NCBI RefSeq assembly: GCF_004010195.1
Contig: NC_057719.1
Location: forward strand, 28,567,153-28,631,152
Source of the DNA: Chiloscyllium plagiosum
Lineage: Eukaryota
Reading direction: 5' to 3'
DNA: 64,000 bases
Shown here: in pieces, positions 51,768 through 64,000 of the stretch
How positions within the stretch are numbered: the stretch's first letter is position 1
Layout of the letters: every line of letters begins with the position of its first letter
Translations under genes and position numbers: made by a program
Notes under the pieces: generated by a model
What the model saw: only the letters and a program-made list of their open reading frames with translations
Told to the model about the DNA's origin: nothing
Databases searched by the model: none

Positions 51768-52277
51768 TGATTTTTTTCCCCAAGAAAATCAAGGGATTGT
51801 TGTCTATCTGAAATGCAGTTTTATCCAAATTGTTGCTGATATATTTTTCAAATAATGTAGAGCCAAAATTAGATTCAAAGTTTTTTTAAATTCAATCATG
51901 GGACGTGAGCATTGCTGGCTGGCCTGCATTTTTTATTGCCCTCCCTTAGTTGACCTTGAGAAAGTGGTGGTAAGCTGCCCACTTGAACTGCTGCAATCCA
52001 CATACTCTTGGTTGACTCACTATTCCCTTAAGAATGGAATTCCAAGGTTTTGACCCAGTGACAATGAAAAGAATGGCTGTCTATTTCCAACTCAGGATGG
52101 TAAGTGGATGAAAACTTGCAGGTGGTGAAGTTCCCATGTATCTGCTGCCCTTGTCCTTCTAAATAGAAGTGGTTGAGGGTTGAAAAGGTGCTGTCTCAGG
52201 ATCCTTGGTGTGCCGTGCATCTTGTAAACAGTACACAATGCTGCTACTGAATGTCAGAGGTGGAGGGATTGGATGTT

Positions 52278-52568
52278 TAGATTAGATTAGATTACATTAC
52301 AGTGTGGAAACAGGCCCTTCGGCCCAACAAGTCCACACCGACCCGCCGAAGCGAAACCCACCCATACCCCTACATTTACCCTTTACCTAACACTACGGGC
52401 AATTTAGTATGGCCAATTCACCTGGCCCTGCACATCTTTGTGACTGTGGGAGGAAACCGGAGCACCCGGAGGAAACCCACGCAGACACGGGGAGAACATG
52501 CAAACTCCACACAGTCAGTCACCTGAGGCGGGAATTGAACCCGGGTCTCTGGCGCTGTGAGGCAGCAG
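52278..52568 (-). mobile_element. HE1-type SINE nested in an older LINE fragment
   Basis: (AGATT)n tail; CpG-rich young copy lacking the first ~20 nt. Confidence 0.88.
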
Positions 52569-52944
52569 TTTGTGGATGTGCTGCCAATCAAGTAGGCTGT
52601 TTTGTCCTGGATGGCATTAAGCTTCTTGAGTGTTACTGGAGTTGCACTAATTTGGGCAAAAAGGGAATACTTCATAGATAATAGATAGTCTTTAGGTAGG
52701 CAGGAGGTGAGGATCGCCACAGTATTCCTAGCCTCTGACCTGCTCTTGTAGCTGTGTGTCTATGTGGTGAGTCCTGTTGAGTTTCTGGTCAATGTAACCC
52801 CAACGATGTTGATAGTGGGGGATTGAGTGGTGGTAACAGCATTAGATGTCTTCTGAATTGTTGGATAATTTTGCTGATATTTGGTCAGTTTCATTGAAAA
52901 ATAATTGACAGTCTGTTTAATCCTGTTTTTTGCAGTAAAATAGA

Positions 52945-53655
52945 GACAAAAAAAACTGCAGATGCTGAAATCCAAAATAGACAAGCAGGAGGCTGGAAGA
53001 ACACAGCAAGCCAGGGAGGCGGAGAAGTCAATGTTTCTGGTGTAACCCTTCTTCAGGACTGGGGATGGGTGTGGGTGAGCTGCAGATAAAGGGGGTGGTG
53101 GGGATAGGTGAAAACAGGTAGAGGGTATGACCTAGTTGGTCAATGGGAGGAATTAATCCAGTTGGTAGCAGGGAGCAGTGAAAGGCATGAGGAGGGGCTG
53201 GGAATGGAGTTAGGGGATGGGGAGGGAGGCTATTTGAAATTGGAGAACTCAATGTTCAGTTCTCTGGGCTGTAGATTGCCCAGGCAGAAGATGAGGTGTG
53301 GTTCCTCCACTTTGCGCTGTGGTTCATTTTGGTAATGGAGGAGGCCAAGGATGGTCATGTCGGAAAGGGAATTGGAGGGGGAATTGAAATGGGTGGTGAC
53401 TGAGAGATCCAGTCGACCCCTTCGGACCTGGCTGCAATTCTAGGTGAATCATTCCCTAAGTTTACATTTGGTCTCCCTGATGTAGAGAAGACCACACTGG
53501 GAGTATCTGATGCATAAACTAGGTTGGAAGAGAGGCAGGTGAATCTCTGTCTCACCTGGAAGGACTGTTTGGGGCTATGGATGGAGGTGAGGGGGTGGTG
53601 TACCGGCAGGTTTTGCATCTTTTTCGATTGCAGGGGAAGGTACCTGGGGGTTCGG
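52945..53655 (-). mobile_element. Penelope-like element 3' part (GIY-YIG and pLTR with degenerate hammerhead)
   Basis: RFTCLSSNLVY...CGLLYI.ETK (frameshifted); AGTC-CTGAAGA...GAAAC-ATT-GACT at 53026-53060. Confidence 0.75.
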
Positions 53656-53659
53656 GAAA

Positions 53660-55070
53660 TAACCTGCAAACTGAAGTCACTTACATCAACAGCCTGTTTG
53701 AATGGCTTCTCATAGTTCGGCATGACTAAAATTGATGTGGTTGTTGGCACAGTTTTCAAATGCATTTTGACACTCTTGTGCCAAGCCCTTTCAGCAAATT
53801 TGTTAAACATAAAATGACAGTTCTGAAGTTCAGGACATGTGTGATAAACTACACACGTTAACATAACACAAAAATTCACATTATACACTAGGCATAGGAA
53901 ATCCAAAAAAAGCCCTATCTTTCACTTCTTTTGGTGCTATCTGGCCTTGTGTAACTCAATCACTTTTGCTTTGGCAAATTCACTTATAATCAAACTGCTC
54001 TTTGCAGCTGATCAAATAGCTCAGTCAAATGGTGTAAATACTAAAAACTATACTCAATGTAAACACATTACGCAGTCCTTAAATGACTTCATTCATTAAT
54101 CATTGAAATGTATCTGATGCTTTTTTCATTCTAAACAGCATGATTTTACATTAATAAATTCCATCTGGTGTTTCAAAAGCTGATTTTTTCTTCATTGTGG
54201 TTCTGTATGTCAATGCACCTTGCCAATGTCTTTTTAGCAAGTCAATTTTTGTTGAACCCAGTCCTCCAATCTCAGCACAGGATATTTGTCCACTTCTGTT
54301 ACAACACTGACTTTGCAATAATCAATACAGTTTTTGCAAAGTCATGTTGGGTAAACCCTAGTTACTTGGTTTAGATTAGATTAGACTCCCGACAGTGTGG
54401 AAACAGGCCCGTCGGGCCAACAAGTCTGCATCGACCCTCCGAAGAGCAACCCACCCAGACCCTCTGACGAATGCACCCAACACTATGGGCAATATAGCAT
54501 GGCCAATTCACCTGACCTGCACATCTTTGTGACTGTGGGAGGAAACCGGAGCACCCGGAGGAAACCCATGCAGACACGGGGAGAATGTGCAAACTCTACA
54601 CAGACAGGTGCCCAAGGCCAGAATCGAACGTGGGACCCTGCTGCTGTGAGGCAGCAGTGCTAACCACTGAGCCACCGTGCTGCCCCTAATCATGTCATTG
54701 TCCATCATGAACCTAATCTCTTCCCTCACTTCAGCTAACCTCTCTGGATTAAATATCTAAGGATTAAGGTTTGACACCAGGATAAAGCCATTTTTAATGG
54801 CGTTGGTTTCTGACCCTGGATCTGACGTCTCATCATCCAGGTGGTATGGAACAGTTGAAGTATTCTGATAAATTTCTCAGAATAGTTGAATTTCATTATT
54901 GGCTTTCAAAGACCCTCACTTCTGCCTGTGTCAAAAGCCTTAGCCAGAACATCAAACCTGTCACAGGTTACGTTTTGTTCTTAGCATTTCTTTTCATAAG
55001 CTGGTTAACCCTGTAAGGATTATGGCAAAGATCTTGGTATCACTGAGGAGAATTGAGATATCTCATTATC
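53660..55070 (-). mobile_element. Decayed Gypsy-like pol remnant (RT to RNase H linker), interrupted by a SINE
   Basis: LKTVPTTTSILVMPNYEKPFKQAVDVSD and a K.ASDTFQ.LMN motif. Confidence 0.55.
54371..54686 (-). mobile_element. HE1-type SINE
   Basis: GGGGCAGCACGGTGGCTCAGTGG head and (AGATT)n tail. Confidence 0.9.
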
Positions 55071-55129
55071 CCAAGATTGGGGAATTCTTTTCTGCTAGTG
55101 CAAGTGGATAGCTTCATACTCTTGCTCTC

Positions 55130-56130
55130 ACATTGACTGAGAGTGTCTATTTTGTGACTGAGAACGCAGTTGGAATACCATCAGCTCCTGGATCATTGCC
55201 ACTACACAGAAGTTTGTTATCTCTCTCAGCATGGGAGGATCATCAAGAGAACAGTTTATTGCTTTTGAATGATGGTCCATTTTTTTACTATTTTGGGCTT
55301 TTCCAGTAAGCAGTGTTGACCATTGGTGCTGAGAATTGGTAATGATAGGAATCCATAAATAAATTTCAGAGCATTGTGAAGTCTCTTCCAGTCTTTGGGT
55401 CTGCATATGACTAAATTCCTTGATTGCCCTGGTGGCGTCTTGGTGGACAGATCTTGATTTTAGCTTTGAAGTGAGAAGACAGTAGTCAGTACAGCAGTTA
55501 GTGCTGCACATGGTTTTTATTACACACACATTCTGCCTGATGTCAATTAGATGTCAGCACATAGGATGGGGCTTCACCCAATGCTTTTGTGATTAAGGAG
55601 GCAGAAAACTATGGTAATTAATATAGTAGTTCACATTAAGGATACATCAGCAAGAGGAGAGCAGTGCAAGTAAAATAACAAACCCTGATTGTACCTATAA
55701 CCCTTTGCCACACTCGAGATCTAGATGAACTCCTGCACCAGTCACCAAGAATAATTGGTTTGCCTGACAGTGCCACGGTAGCAATCAAGGATCGGAGATA
55801 ATTATAAAATTTATCCTTTTCTCCATTAGGGTTGCACAAAGTTGCTTGCCTGTTACTATGTAGAGAGAATTTCTGCACCATCAGACAATCATTAACACTC
55901 TTGAGAGGCAATTGAACTTACTGACTAGATGATTTATGGCAATAAAATCCATACCAGTTATGTGTTCTTTTCTAGAGTCACACCAAAATAATGTGTAACT
56001 TACATAGGTTTCCTTGAGCTGACCCTCCTCCGGTAGACTAGTTTCACTGAGGACAGTGATCTGAAAATTGCAGCTAGTTAGTCTGACATTGTGCACGAGG
56101 ATATAATGTTTCATGCACAAAGGTCGACTG
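55130..56130 (-). mobile_element. RTE-clade LINE endonuclease region, decayed
   Basis: ITVLSETSLPEEGQLKE..YTLFW and KDKFY..L......KPIILGD motifs. Confidence 0.65.
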
Positions 56131-58480
56131 TTGTTACCTGTACTTGCTTTTTCTCAGATTGACTTACAACCACATTGATGGGATGCCTGCTAGCTGCAGT
56201 GTGGAGCCAGGGAGGGGGAAGCAATAATTAAGTCATCTTTTCTAGCTCCTTCCTCATACCAGGGAGGTGAGCAGTGTGAACCTAAAATGGCCTGTACAGA
56301 AGGCTGTCTGGTTTCTGTTTCGCTCCCTCCCAGAGAAGGATAATGCAATGGCTACAGCTATCTATGTTTAGGTTCACTCCTACAGCTCCCAGTGAATTGA
56401 TATCTGTGACATCACATGTCCATTGCCATGGAATTCTGATGGGCAGATATAAAATGGAAAAGAAGTTGCACATCGTCAACCTCACTCCCTTGACCTAACT
56501 TTATCCAAAAAGAAGATGAGGCTAGACAGCCAGCAACAGATCCAGTTGCTGTGGGTGAGCAAGGCATCATCTGAGTGCTGTTGAGCTCCTCATGTTCTGT
56601 AACACAGTGTTGATACACCTTCAACATCATTGGACTATGAACTGGTTTCATCCACCAGAATCAGTCTTCACATGCCATGGTTACAAATACCTATGACATT
56701 GAGATAAGGAAATTGGATGACTGATCTCACCGTTTGTCCTGTTCATCAAAGCATTTTAATGGGTTGTGGCACTGTCACATGCTAACAACTACTTGGGAGT
56801 CACAGGTGAAAACTGAATGCAGAAGGGGACCAGTATAGGATGAGCCACTCCAAACAGTATGGCAAAGCCACCTGAGAGATGTTACCTCTCCCTTAGCTGT
56901 TACCCCAGCTACTAGTACAGCAATCTTTCCCTAGCTACTGCTTACAAAATAATTCAAAAATATGAAATAAAATTAATATTGAATGCTTACAGCTGATCTT
57001 TATTGTGGGTACTACTTCCCAGAAAACTGTGAAACTTCCTACTGAAACTGTGAAACTTCCTACTGGTTAAGACCAGTGTCCTTAAATTCACTGAAGGTTC
57101 AAGTAATGGACTTCCTATTAAGTTTCACATGTTGTGGATGTGATGTGACTGAATCTACAGGAGTTTGTCCAATCAGAGTTGCCAATTCTAATCTGCACAA
57201 GCTACGCCTGATCATACCATTCCACAGGGTCTACAGACAGGGGAAAAGTAATCTGGATTTTACCTATAGACAGTGTCTGAACAGATTGTTTCTTCTCTTG
57301 GAAATTGAGAAAGAGAATTATCAAATCCATTTCAATCTGACAATCTATTCTATCAAGGGTTTTGACAAATGCACTGATCTGCTGAGTCGCCATAATCCAT
57401 CTATTACAAAGTAATGGAATCTTTCACAGGAGATGAAAAGGAAGGTAATGGATGAGATTAACACTGTTAAAGACAGATACATTGATAGGAAGGTGGACTA
57501 AAGCATTTGTTATCAGGCAAGAAATCAACTCCATGCAACGGGGAAGGCCCCTGATGAACCCTCATCTTATTTTCAGGTTTTCAATCAGTAAGTAAACTAA
57601 CAATTCTGTTGAAGCAATGATTACAAATATTAATCACCTCATAAAAGGGACAAGTTTTCATAGAAATAAGTACACAAATATGCACATGCACATAAACACA
57701 TTTATTGCCATCTTTGTTCAATGTCTCAGAGTTTTATAAGGCATGGAAACAGGCTCTGTCAATGCCACTTGAATGCACATGTTGATTAGGTAAAATATGG
57801 AAAATGCCACAATAATGCCAAAGTGGACATTAAAGACTGAGGCATTTTGTTGGGACAAAATAAAAAGATTATTTAATTCAAAAAGCAAATTTAATTTTGC
57901 AGTTGTTCCATTTTCCCATTCGGCAACTGCACAAAACTTCAGTCCAACCCTCAGCAACTAGGCTAAGAATTTGTAAAATCTGCAGCACTTGCTTTTGACA
58001 GATCATTGCTCAGGAATATCAGCAAACCTAGGAAAACAGCAGTAGCTGATTTCTGTTGACAACTATAATCAATGTAAAGATGCACAGTGCATTTAGGATC
58101 AAACTATAATAAGCTTTTACAACTCAATCAAACATTCAAGATGTGAATAGCATAACTGAGCTGAACACATCTAAACAAAATAATGCAACTTAAATTCCTT
58201 TGGACAACATTTCAGGTAAATCTATTTGAATAATTGATATGGAACGACCATGAATAACAACATCTCAAACCGTTGCACAAGAGCAGCAAGATAATTTTAA
58301 ACTTTTAAGCAAGATAATTCAACTCATTTATGATAAAGGGAGTAACATTTTAAGATCTTTCAATAAAACAAATGAAGTAAATTTTAGTCTTTCACATATA
58401 TATATATTCTCTTCCAAAGTTGTTGTAATTCATTTTGAAGTGAATGAAAATAATCAGAAGGTAAAAAGGTATTAATACAT

Positions 58481-58486
58481 TTTATT
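58481..58486 (-). terminator. Candidate MNAT1 polyadenylation signal AATAAA
   Basis: TTTATT on the plus strand about 410 nt after the stop; a second one at 57701. Confidence 0.5.
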
Positions 58487-58897
58487 CAAATTAAATGAAA
58501 ATTTTGACAACTTGACTGGACAAGCACAGGACCTTTTAGCTTTACCCCATACAAACATCATTACTGAGCCCAAGGATATCATCTTTGGTTGTGCTGAGGA
58601 ACACTTATGCTTCCTCAACTTTCAAGTATTGTTAAATGATGCATACCATCTGTGATAAGTATTTCGCCTGCATCTCCTTCTTCCTGTAAGTGGATCCCAA
58701 TACACTGCTTGCAAATAGAAAATGCTAATCTTTGAGTTTATCAGCTGCCGTCTCCAAACAGCTGTCCAAATTCAACTTCCCTGGCTGTGAGTCAATTTTC
58801 CATTCAGCTGTGGTATGGCTGTTAGTTTTCCTTATGGCTGTTGAAGTTCTTGGTAACAATCCAATGGCTACCTTTGAGAATCCTGCTGTTCATCACG

Positions 58898-59018
58898 CTA
58901 GCTTGACTGCCAGAAAAGTCCACTAAATGCATCTTGCAGGGCACGATAACATGCAAGTGAAGAGGTGTAGCCTCCAGCAAGATCCTGGGATGTAGCAGTA
59001 CGTACATGGTTCAGGTAC
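58898..59018 (-). CDS. MNAT1: MNAT1 (CAK assembly factor MAT1) last coding exon, [39 protein letters not shown]
   Basis: Matches the conserved MAT1 C-terminus; polypyrimidine tract plus AG at 59020-59019; 121 nt ending in TAG; not in the ORF track. Confidence 0.95.
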
Positions 59019-60377
59019 CTTAAAAAAAGGGGAGAGAGTTTTGAGAAATTAATTTGCACATTTTCTATTAGATTAATAAAAGAATAATAAATTTAAAAGA
59101 AAATCATAAACATTTTCACATAATTAAATTGATAGGTTATTTGATAGCTGTATAGATTGGAAATTAATTACTATTAACAGTTAACACTTCAACTTTCAGT
59201 TGCAATCAATATCAATGGTGAAAGCAGTAGTAATGGATGGTATGGAGTTAATATTACCCACTCTATTTATTGGCATCCAGCTGTTGGCAATATCAATGAA
59301 CAGTCGGTTACTACTCACAAAGTTTTCATCCCAGATGTTGAACTTTTACCACTAAATAACTTGGCACTGAACTGAAAAGATAGCTAACTTATTCAGGTAG
59401 CCTCAGACCAATTCCAATTTTAGACTCTAGTTGTGCAATCCACATTATATAATTGCAACATTTTTAGTAAATCTGTATGAAATAAGCGATATAAACACTC
59501 CTTAAAAGAGCAACAAGTATTCAGGAATACTGATGGCCAATAAAATATTTAAAACAGGAATTTTCCTAACAATTGCCTCCACTTGGGGATATGCCAGGAA
59601 AGTACTTAGTCTTACTTTGCTGCTGGCAACTTAAAGAGTCCATAATATGAGATGAATTTATTGAAAACTTACAAAGGCATGGACTAATCAAGCAGCAAGA
59701 ATGAAATTCAATTGGGCAGATTTTTCTTTACTACTTCATTTCTTAAGAATAAATCAGTGTTTGGATAATCCAATTGTGGTGTACATAAATACTGAATTTC
59801 AGAAGGTATTTGTTAAGGTGCTGCATGAGAGGCTTGTTGAAAACATTAAGACAGACAGCATTAAAGAAAATGTAACTTCATGGGTAGTGGAGAGGTCACT
59901 GGATGCTTTCCAGATTAATTGCATGTTGGTAGTTGAATGCTACATTGATTGATTATTAAATTTTGATGATGAAGCAAAAGGAAGGGGACATCTCCAAACT
60001 AAAGGAGGCAGCAGGTGATTTCTGAGAGACTTAAGTGAAGTGGTAAAATATGAAGTTCATGCAACTTAGGGAGAATTATGAATTACTAAATTTTAAGATA
60101 AAGAGGAGCGAGAAGTAATTATCGCTTAATAAATAGATTGGAAGAGACAAATAATTTCTAACTTAACAGTAGCATTTTGTACTTGGCAAATCCTGTTGGT
60201 GAAAGTGTTTGAAGGATAAAAAGTGTAACACTGTCTCCACTTTTAGCAGATAATGGCTAGAAAATCTGTTTTTTGCCATGCTACTTAAGTGATGGGGCAG
60301 GAATCTGGAAAAGTCCTCTGCATTTCTTTAGAATACTTTTACAAAGTGTGGAATAGGAAAATAAGAGGAATATGTGA

Positions 60378-63300
60378 ACGGGCCTTTAGGGTGATATGCT
60401 CTTCTTGTCGGATGTGGGAGTTTAGGGAGAGTTTACGTGTTACTGAGGATTATATCTGCAATAAATGCCGTTGGTTTTGAAACCTGTCAGATCAAATGGA
60501 TCGGTTGGAGAGTCAGTTGGAGGCAATAAAGAATTTACAAGAGCAAGGGAACATAATGGATTGCAGTTATAGGAGGGGGAAAAAGTCTCAGATACAGTCA
60601 CACAGATTGCCTAACTCCAGGAAAGAAGAGAGGTAGGCAGGTAGTGCAGGAGTCTTCTGTGGCTATCCCCATTTCAAACATGTATGCTGCTTTGCAAAAT
60701 GTAGGGGGTGATGGATTCTTAGGGGAACGTAGAACAAACAGTCAAGTTTCTGGTATTGAGACTGCTTCTAATGCAATGAGGGGTACGTCGGGTTCCAAGA
60801 GATCAATTGTGTTAAGGGACTCTCCAGTCCGAGGTACAGACAGACGTTTCTGTGACCAGTAGCGAAAAATTCAGAATGGTGTGTTGCTTCCCTGGTGCCA
60901 GGATCAAGGATGTCTCAGAGACGGTGCAGAATGTTCTCAAAGGGGAGAGGGCCCAACAGGAAGTCATTGTACACATTGGAACCAATGACATAGGAAGGGA
61001 AAAGGTTGAGATTCTGAAGGGAGAATACAGAGAGTTAGGTAGGAATTTAAAAATGAGGTCCTCAAGAGTAGTAATATCTGTATTACTCCTGGTGCTACGA
61101 GCTAGTGAGGGCAGGAATAGAGGATAGAGCAGATGAATGCATGGCTGAGAAGCTGGTATATGGGAGAAGGCTTCACATTTTTGGATCATTGGAATCTCTT
61201 TTGGGGTAGAAGTCACTGTACAAGAAGGACGGATTGCACCTAAATTGGAAGGGGACCAATATACTGGCAGGGAGATTTGCTAGAGCTGCTTTGGAGGATT
61301 TAAACTAGAAAAGTAGGGGGTAGGACCGAGGGAGATAGTGAGGAAAGAGATCAATCTCAGACCGGTACAGTTGAGAACAGAAGCGAGTCAAACAGTCAGG
61401 GCAGGCAGGGACAAAGCAGAGAACAAGGTAGGACTGATAAATTAAACTGCATTTATTTCAATGCAAGAGGCCTAAGAGGGAAGTCAGATGAACTAGGGCA
61501 TGGTTCAGAACATGGGAATGGGATGTCATAGCAATTACATAAACATGGCTCAGGGATGGACAGGACTGGCAGCTTAATGTTCCAGGATACAAATGCTACA
61601 GGAAGGACAGAAAGGGAGGCAACAGAGGAGGGGGAGTGGCTTTTTTGATAAGGGATAGCATTACAGCTGTACTGAGGGAGGATATTCCCAGAAATACATC
61701 CAGGGAAGTTATTTGGGTGGAACCGAGAAATAAGAATGGGATGATCACCTTATTGGGATTGTATTAGACAACAGACAATAGGTGCAGGAGTAGGCCATTC
61801 TGCCCTTCGAGCCAGCACCACCATTCATTATGATCATGGCTGATCATCCTCAATCAGTATCCTGTTCCTGCCTTATCCCCATAACCCTTGATTCCACTAT
61901 CCTTAAGGGCTCTATCCAACTCTTTCTTGAAAGTATCCAGAGACTTGACCTCCACAGCCTTCTGGGGCAGAGCATTCCACACACCCACCACTTTATGGGT
62001 GAAGAGGTTTCTCCTCAACTCTGTTCTAAGTAGCGTACCCCTTATTTTAAACTCTGTCCTCTGGTTCGGGACTCACCCATCAGCAGAAACTTGCTTCCTG
62101 CCTCCAGAGTGTCCAATCCTTTAATAATCTTATACTTCTCAATTAGATCCCCTCTCAGCCTTCTAAACTCAAGCGTATACAAGCCCAGTCGCTCCAATCT
62201 TTCAACGTAAGATAGTCCCGCCATTCTGGGAATTGACCTCGTAAACCTATGCTTCACTCCCTCAATAGCCAGAATGTCTTTCCTCAAATTTGGAGACCCA
62301 AACTGCGCACAATACTCCAGGTGTGGTCTCACCAGGGCCTGGTACAGCTGCAGAAGAGCCTCTTTGCTTCTATACTCAATTCCTCTTGTTAGGAAGGCCA
62401 GCACGCTATTAGCTTTCTTCACTGCCTGCTGTACCTGCATGCTTGCCTTCATTGACTGATGTACAAGAACACCTAGATCTCGTTGTACCGTTCCTTTACC
62501 TAACTTGACTCCATTTAGGTAGTAATCTGCCTTCCTGTTCTTGCCACCAAAGTGGATAACCACACATTTATCCATATTAAACTGCATCTGCCGTGCATCC
62601 GTCCACTCACCTAGCCTGTCCAGGTTACCCTGTATTCTCCTAACATCCTCCTCACATTTCACCCTGCCACCCAGCTCTGTCATCAGCAAAATTGATAATA
62701 TTACTTCTAATACCTTCATCTATATCATTAATGTACATTGTAAAAAGCAGCGGTCCAGCACTGATCCCTGCGGCACACCACTGGTCACCACCTGCCATTT
62801 CGAAAGGGAGCCGAATATCACTACTCTTTGTTTCCTGTCAGCCAACCAATTTTCAATCCATCCCCTAATACCATGTGCCCTAATTTTGCTCACTAACCTC
62901 CTATTTGGGACTTTATCAAAGGCTTTCTGAAAGTCTAGGTATGCTACACCCACTGGATCTCCCTTGTCCATCTTCAGAGTTACATCCTCAAAAAATTCCA
63001 GAAGATTAGTCAAGCATGATTTCCCCTTCATAAATCTCTGCTGACTCTGACCTATCCTGTTACTGCTATCCAGATGTGTCGTAATTTCGTCCTTTATAAT
63101 TGACTCCAGCACTTTTCCCACCACTGAGGTCAGACTAACTGGTGTATAATTCTCTGTTTTCTCTCTCCCTCCTTTCTTAAAAAGTGGGACAACATTAGCC
63201 ACCCTCCAATCCACAGGAACTGATCCTGAATCTATACAGACCCCCTAATACTAAGAGGGAAATTGAGAAACAAATATGGAAGGAGATCTCAGTTATCTGT

Positions 63301-63440
63301 AAGAATAATAGGGTGGTTATGATAGGAGATTTCAACTTTCCAAACAGAGACTGGGACTGCCAGAGTGTTAAGGGTTTAGATGGAGAGGAAGATTTTCTGA
63401 TTCAGTATGTGGATGTACCTACGAGAGAAGGTGCAAAACT
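60378..63440 (+). mobile_element. CR1 LINE ORF1 and start of ORF2 (same family as 38465), split by a nested antisense CR1
   Basis: High similarity to 39230-40840; host breaks at about 61765 and resumes at about 63236. Confidence 0.88.
61766..63235 (-). mobile_element. Nested CR1 (third subfamily), RT to 3' end
   Basis: ORFs 62720-63214 and 62042-62719 with DFQKAFDKVP and VPQGSVL. Confidence 0.9.
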
Positions 63441-64000
63441 TAGAGTCATAGAGATGTACAGCACGGAAACAGACCCTTCGGTCCAATTCATCCATGCAGA
63501 CCAGATATCCTAACCCAATCTAGTCCCACATGCCAGCACCTGGCCCATATCCCTCCAAATCCTTCCTATTCATATACCTATCCAGATGTCTTTTAAATGT
63601 TGCAATTGTACCAGCCTCTACCACTTACTCTGGCAGCTCATTCCATACACATACCACCATCTGAGTGAAAAGGTTGTCCCTTAGGTCGCTTTTATAGCTT
63701 TTCCCTCTCACTCTAAACCTATGTCCTCTGGTTCTGGACTCCAACACCCCAGGGAAAATACTTTATCAACAGTGGCCTAACCAATGTCCTGTACAGCTGT
63801 AACATAACCTCCCAACTCCTGTACTCAATACTCTTGACCAATAAAGGAAAGCATACCAAACACCTTCTTCACTATCCTATCAACCTGCGACTCCACTTTC
63901 AAGGAGCTATGAACCTGCACTCCAAGGTCTCTTTGTTCAGCAACACTCCCTAGGACATTACTAAGATTTGCTAAGATTTGCTTTCCCAAAATGCAGCACC
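63441..64000 (-). mobile_element. CR1 3' part with an internal deletion, running off the right edge
   Basis: AGAGTCATAGAGATG tail; sequence jumps near 63765 relative to the 10700-12290 copy. Confidence 0.85.

Noticed and set aside
58822..59007. 61-aa minus-strand ORF
   Set aside because: Wrong frame; the MNAT1 exon is read in another frame

Overview
Repeat-rich vertebrate genomic DNA, most likely from a shark or other elasmobranch (many HE1-type tRNA-derived SINEs and CR1/HER1-like LINEs). Three genes lie in the order known from human: SLC38A6 coding exons 1-6 on the minus strand (the gene continues off the left edge), the complete 5-exon TRMT5 on the plus strand (1500-nt CDS, 499 aa), and the last coding exon of MNAT1 on the minus strand. 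SLC38A6 and TRMT5 are head-to-head, with only 155 bp between their ATGs. Most ORF-track entries are decayed retroelement fragments: CR1 (one near full length), L1, RTE, Gypsy and Penelope. A solo LTR and a Tc1/mariner-type MITE are also present. I see no clearly new biological system. The best leads are: Penelope-derived elements with minimal hammerhead ribozyme cores, including a 94-bp near-perfect hairpin in TRMT5 intron 1; an Asn-to-His change at the conserved TM1 Na+-site residue of SLC38A6; a templated copy of TRMT5 3' UTR inserted into an intronic LINE; and a TSD-flanked tRNA-Trp-like half. Repeat boundaries were read by eye and are approximate; exon boundaries were checked for splice dinucleotides and frame.
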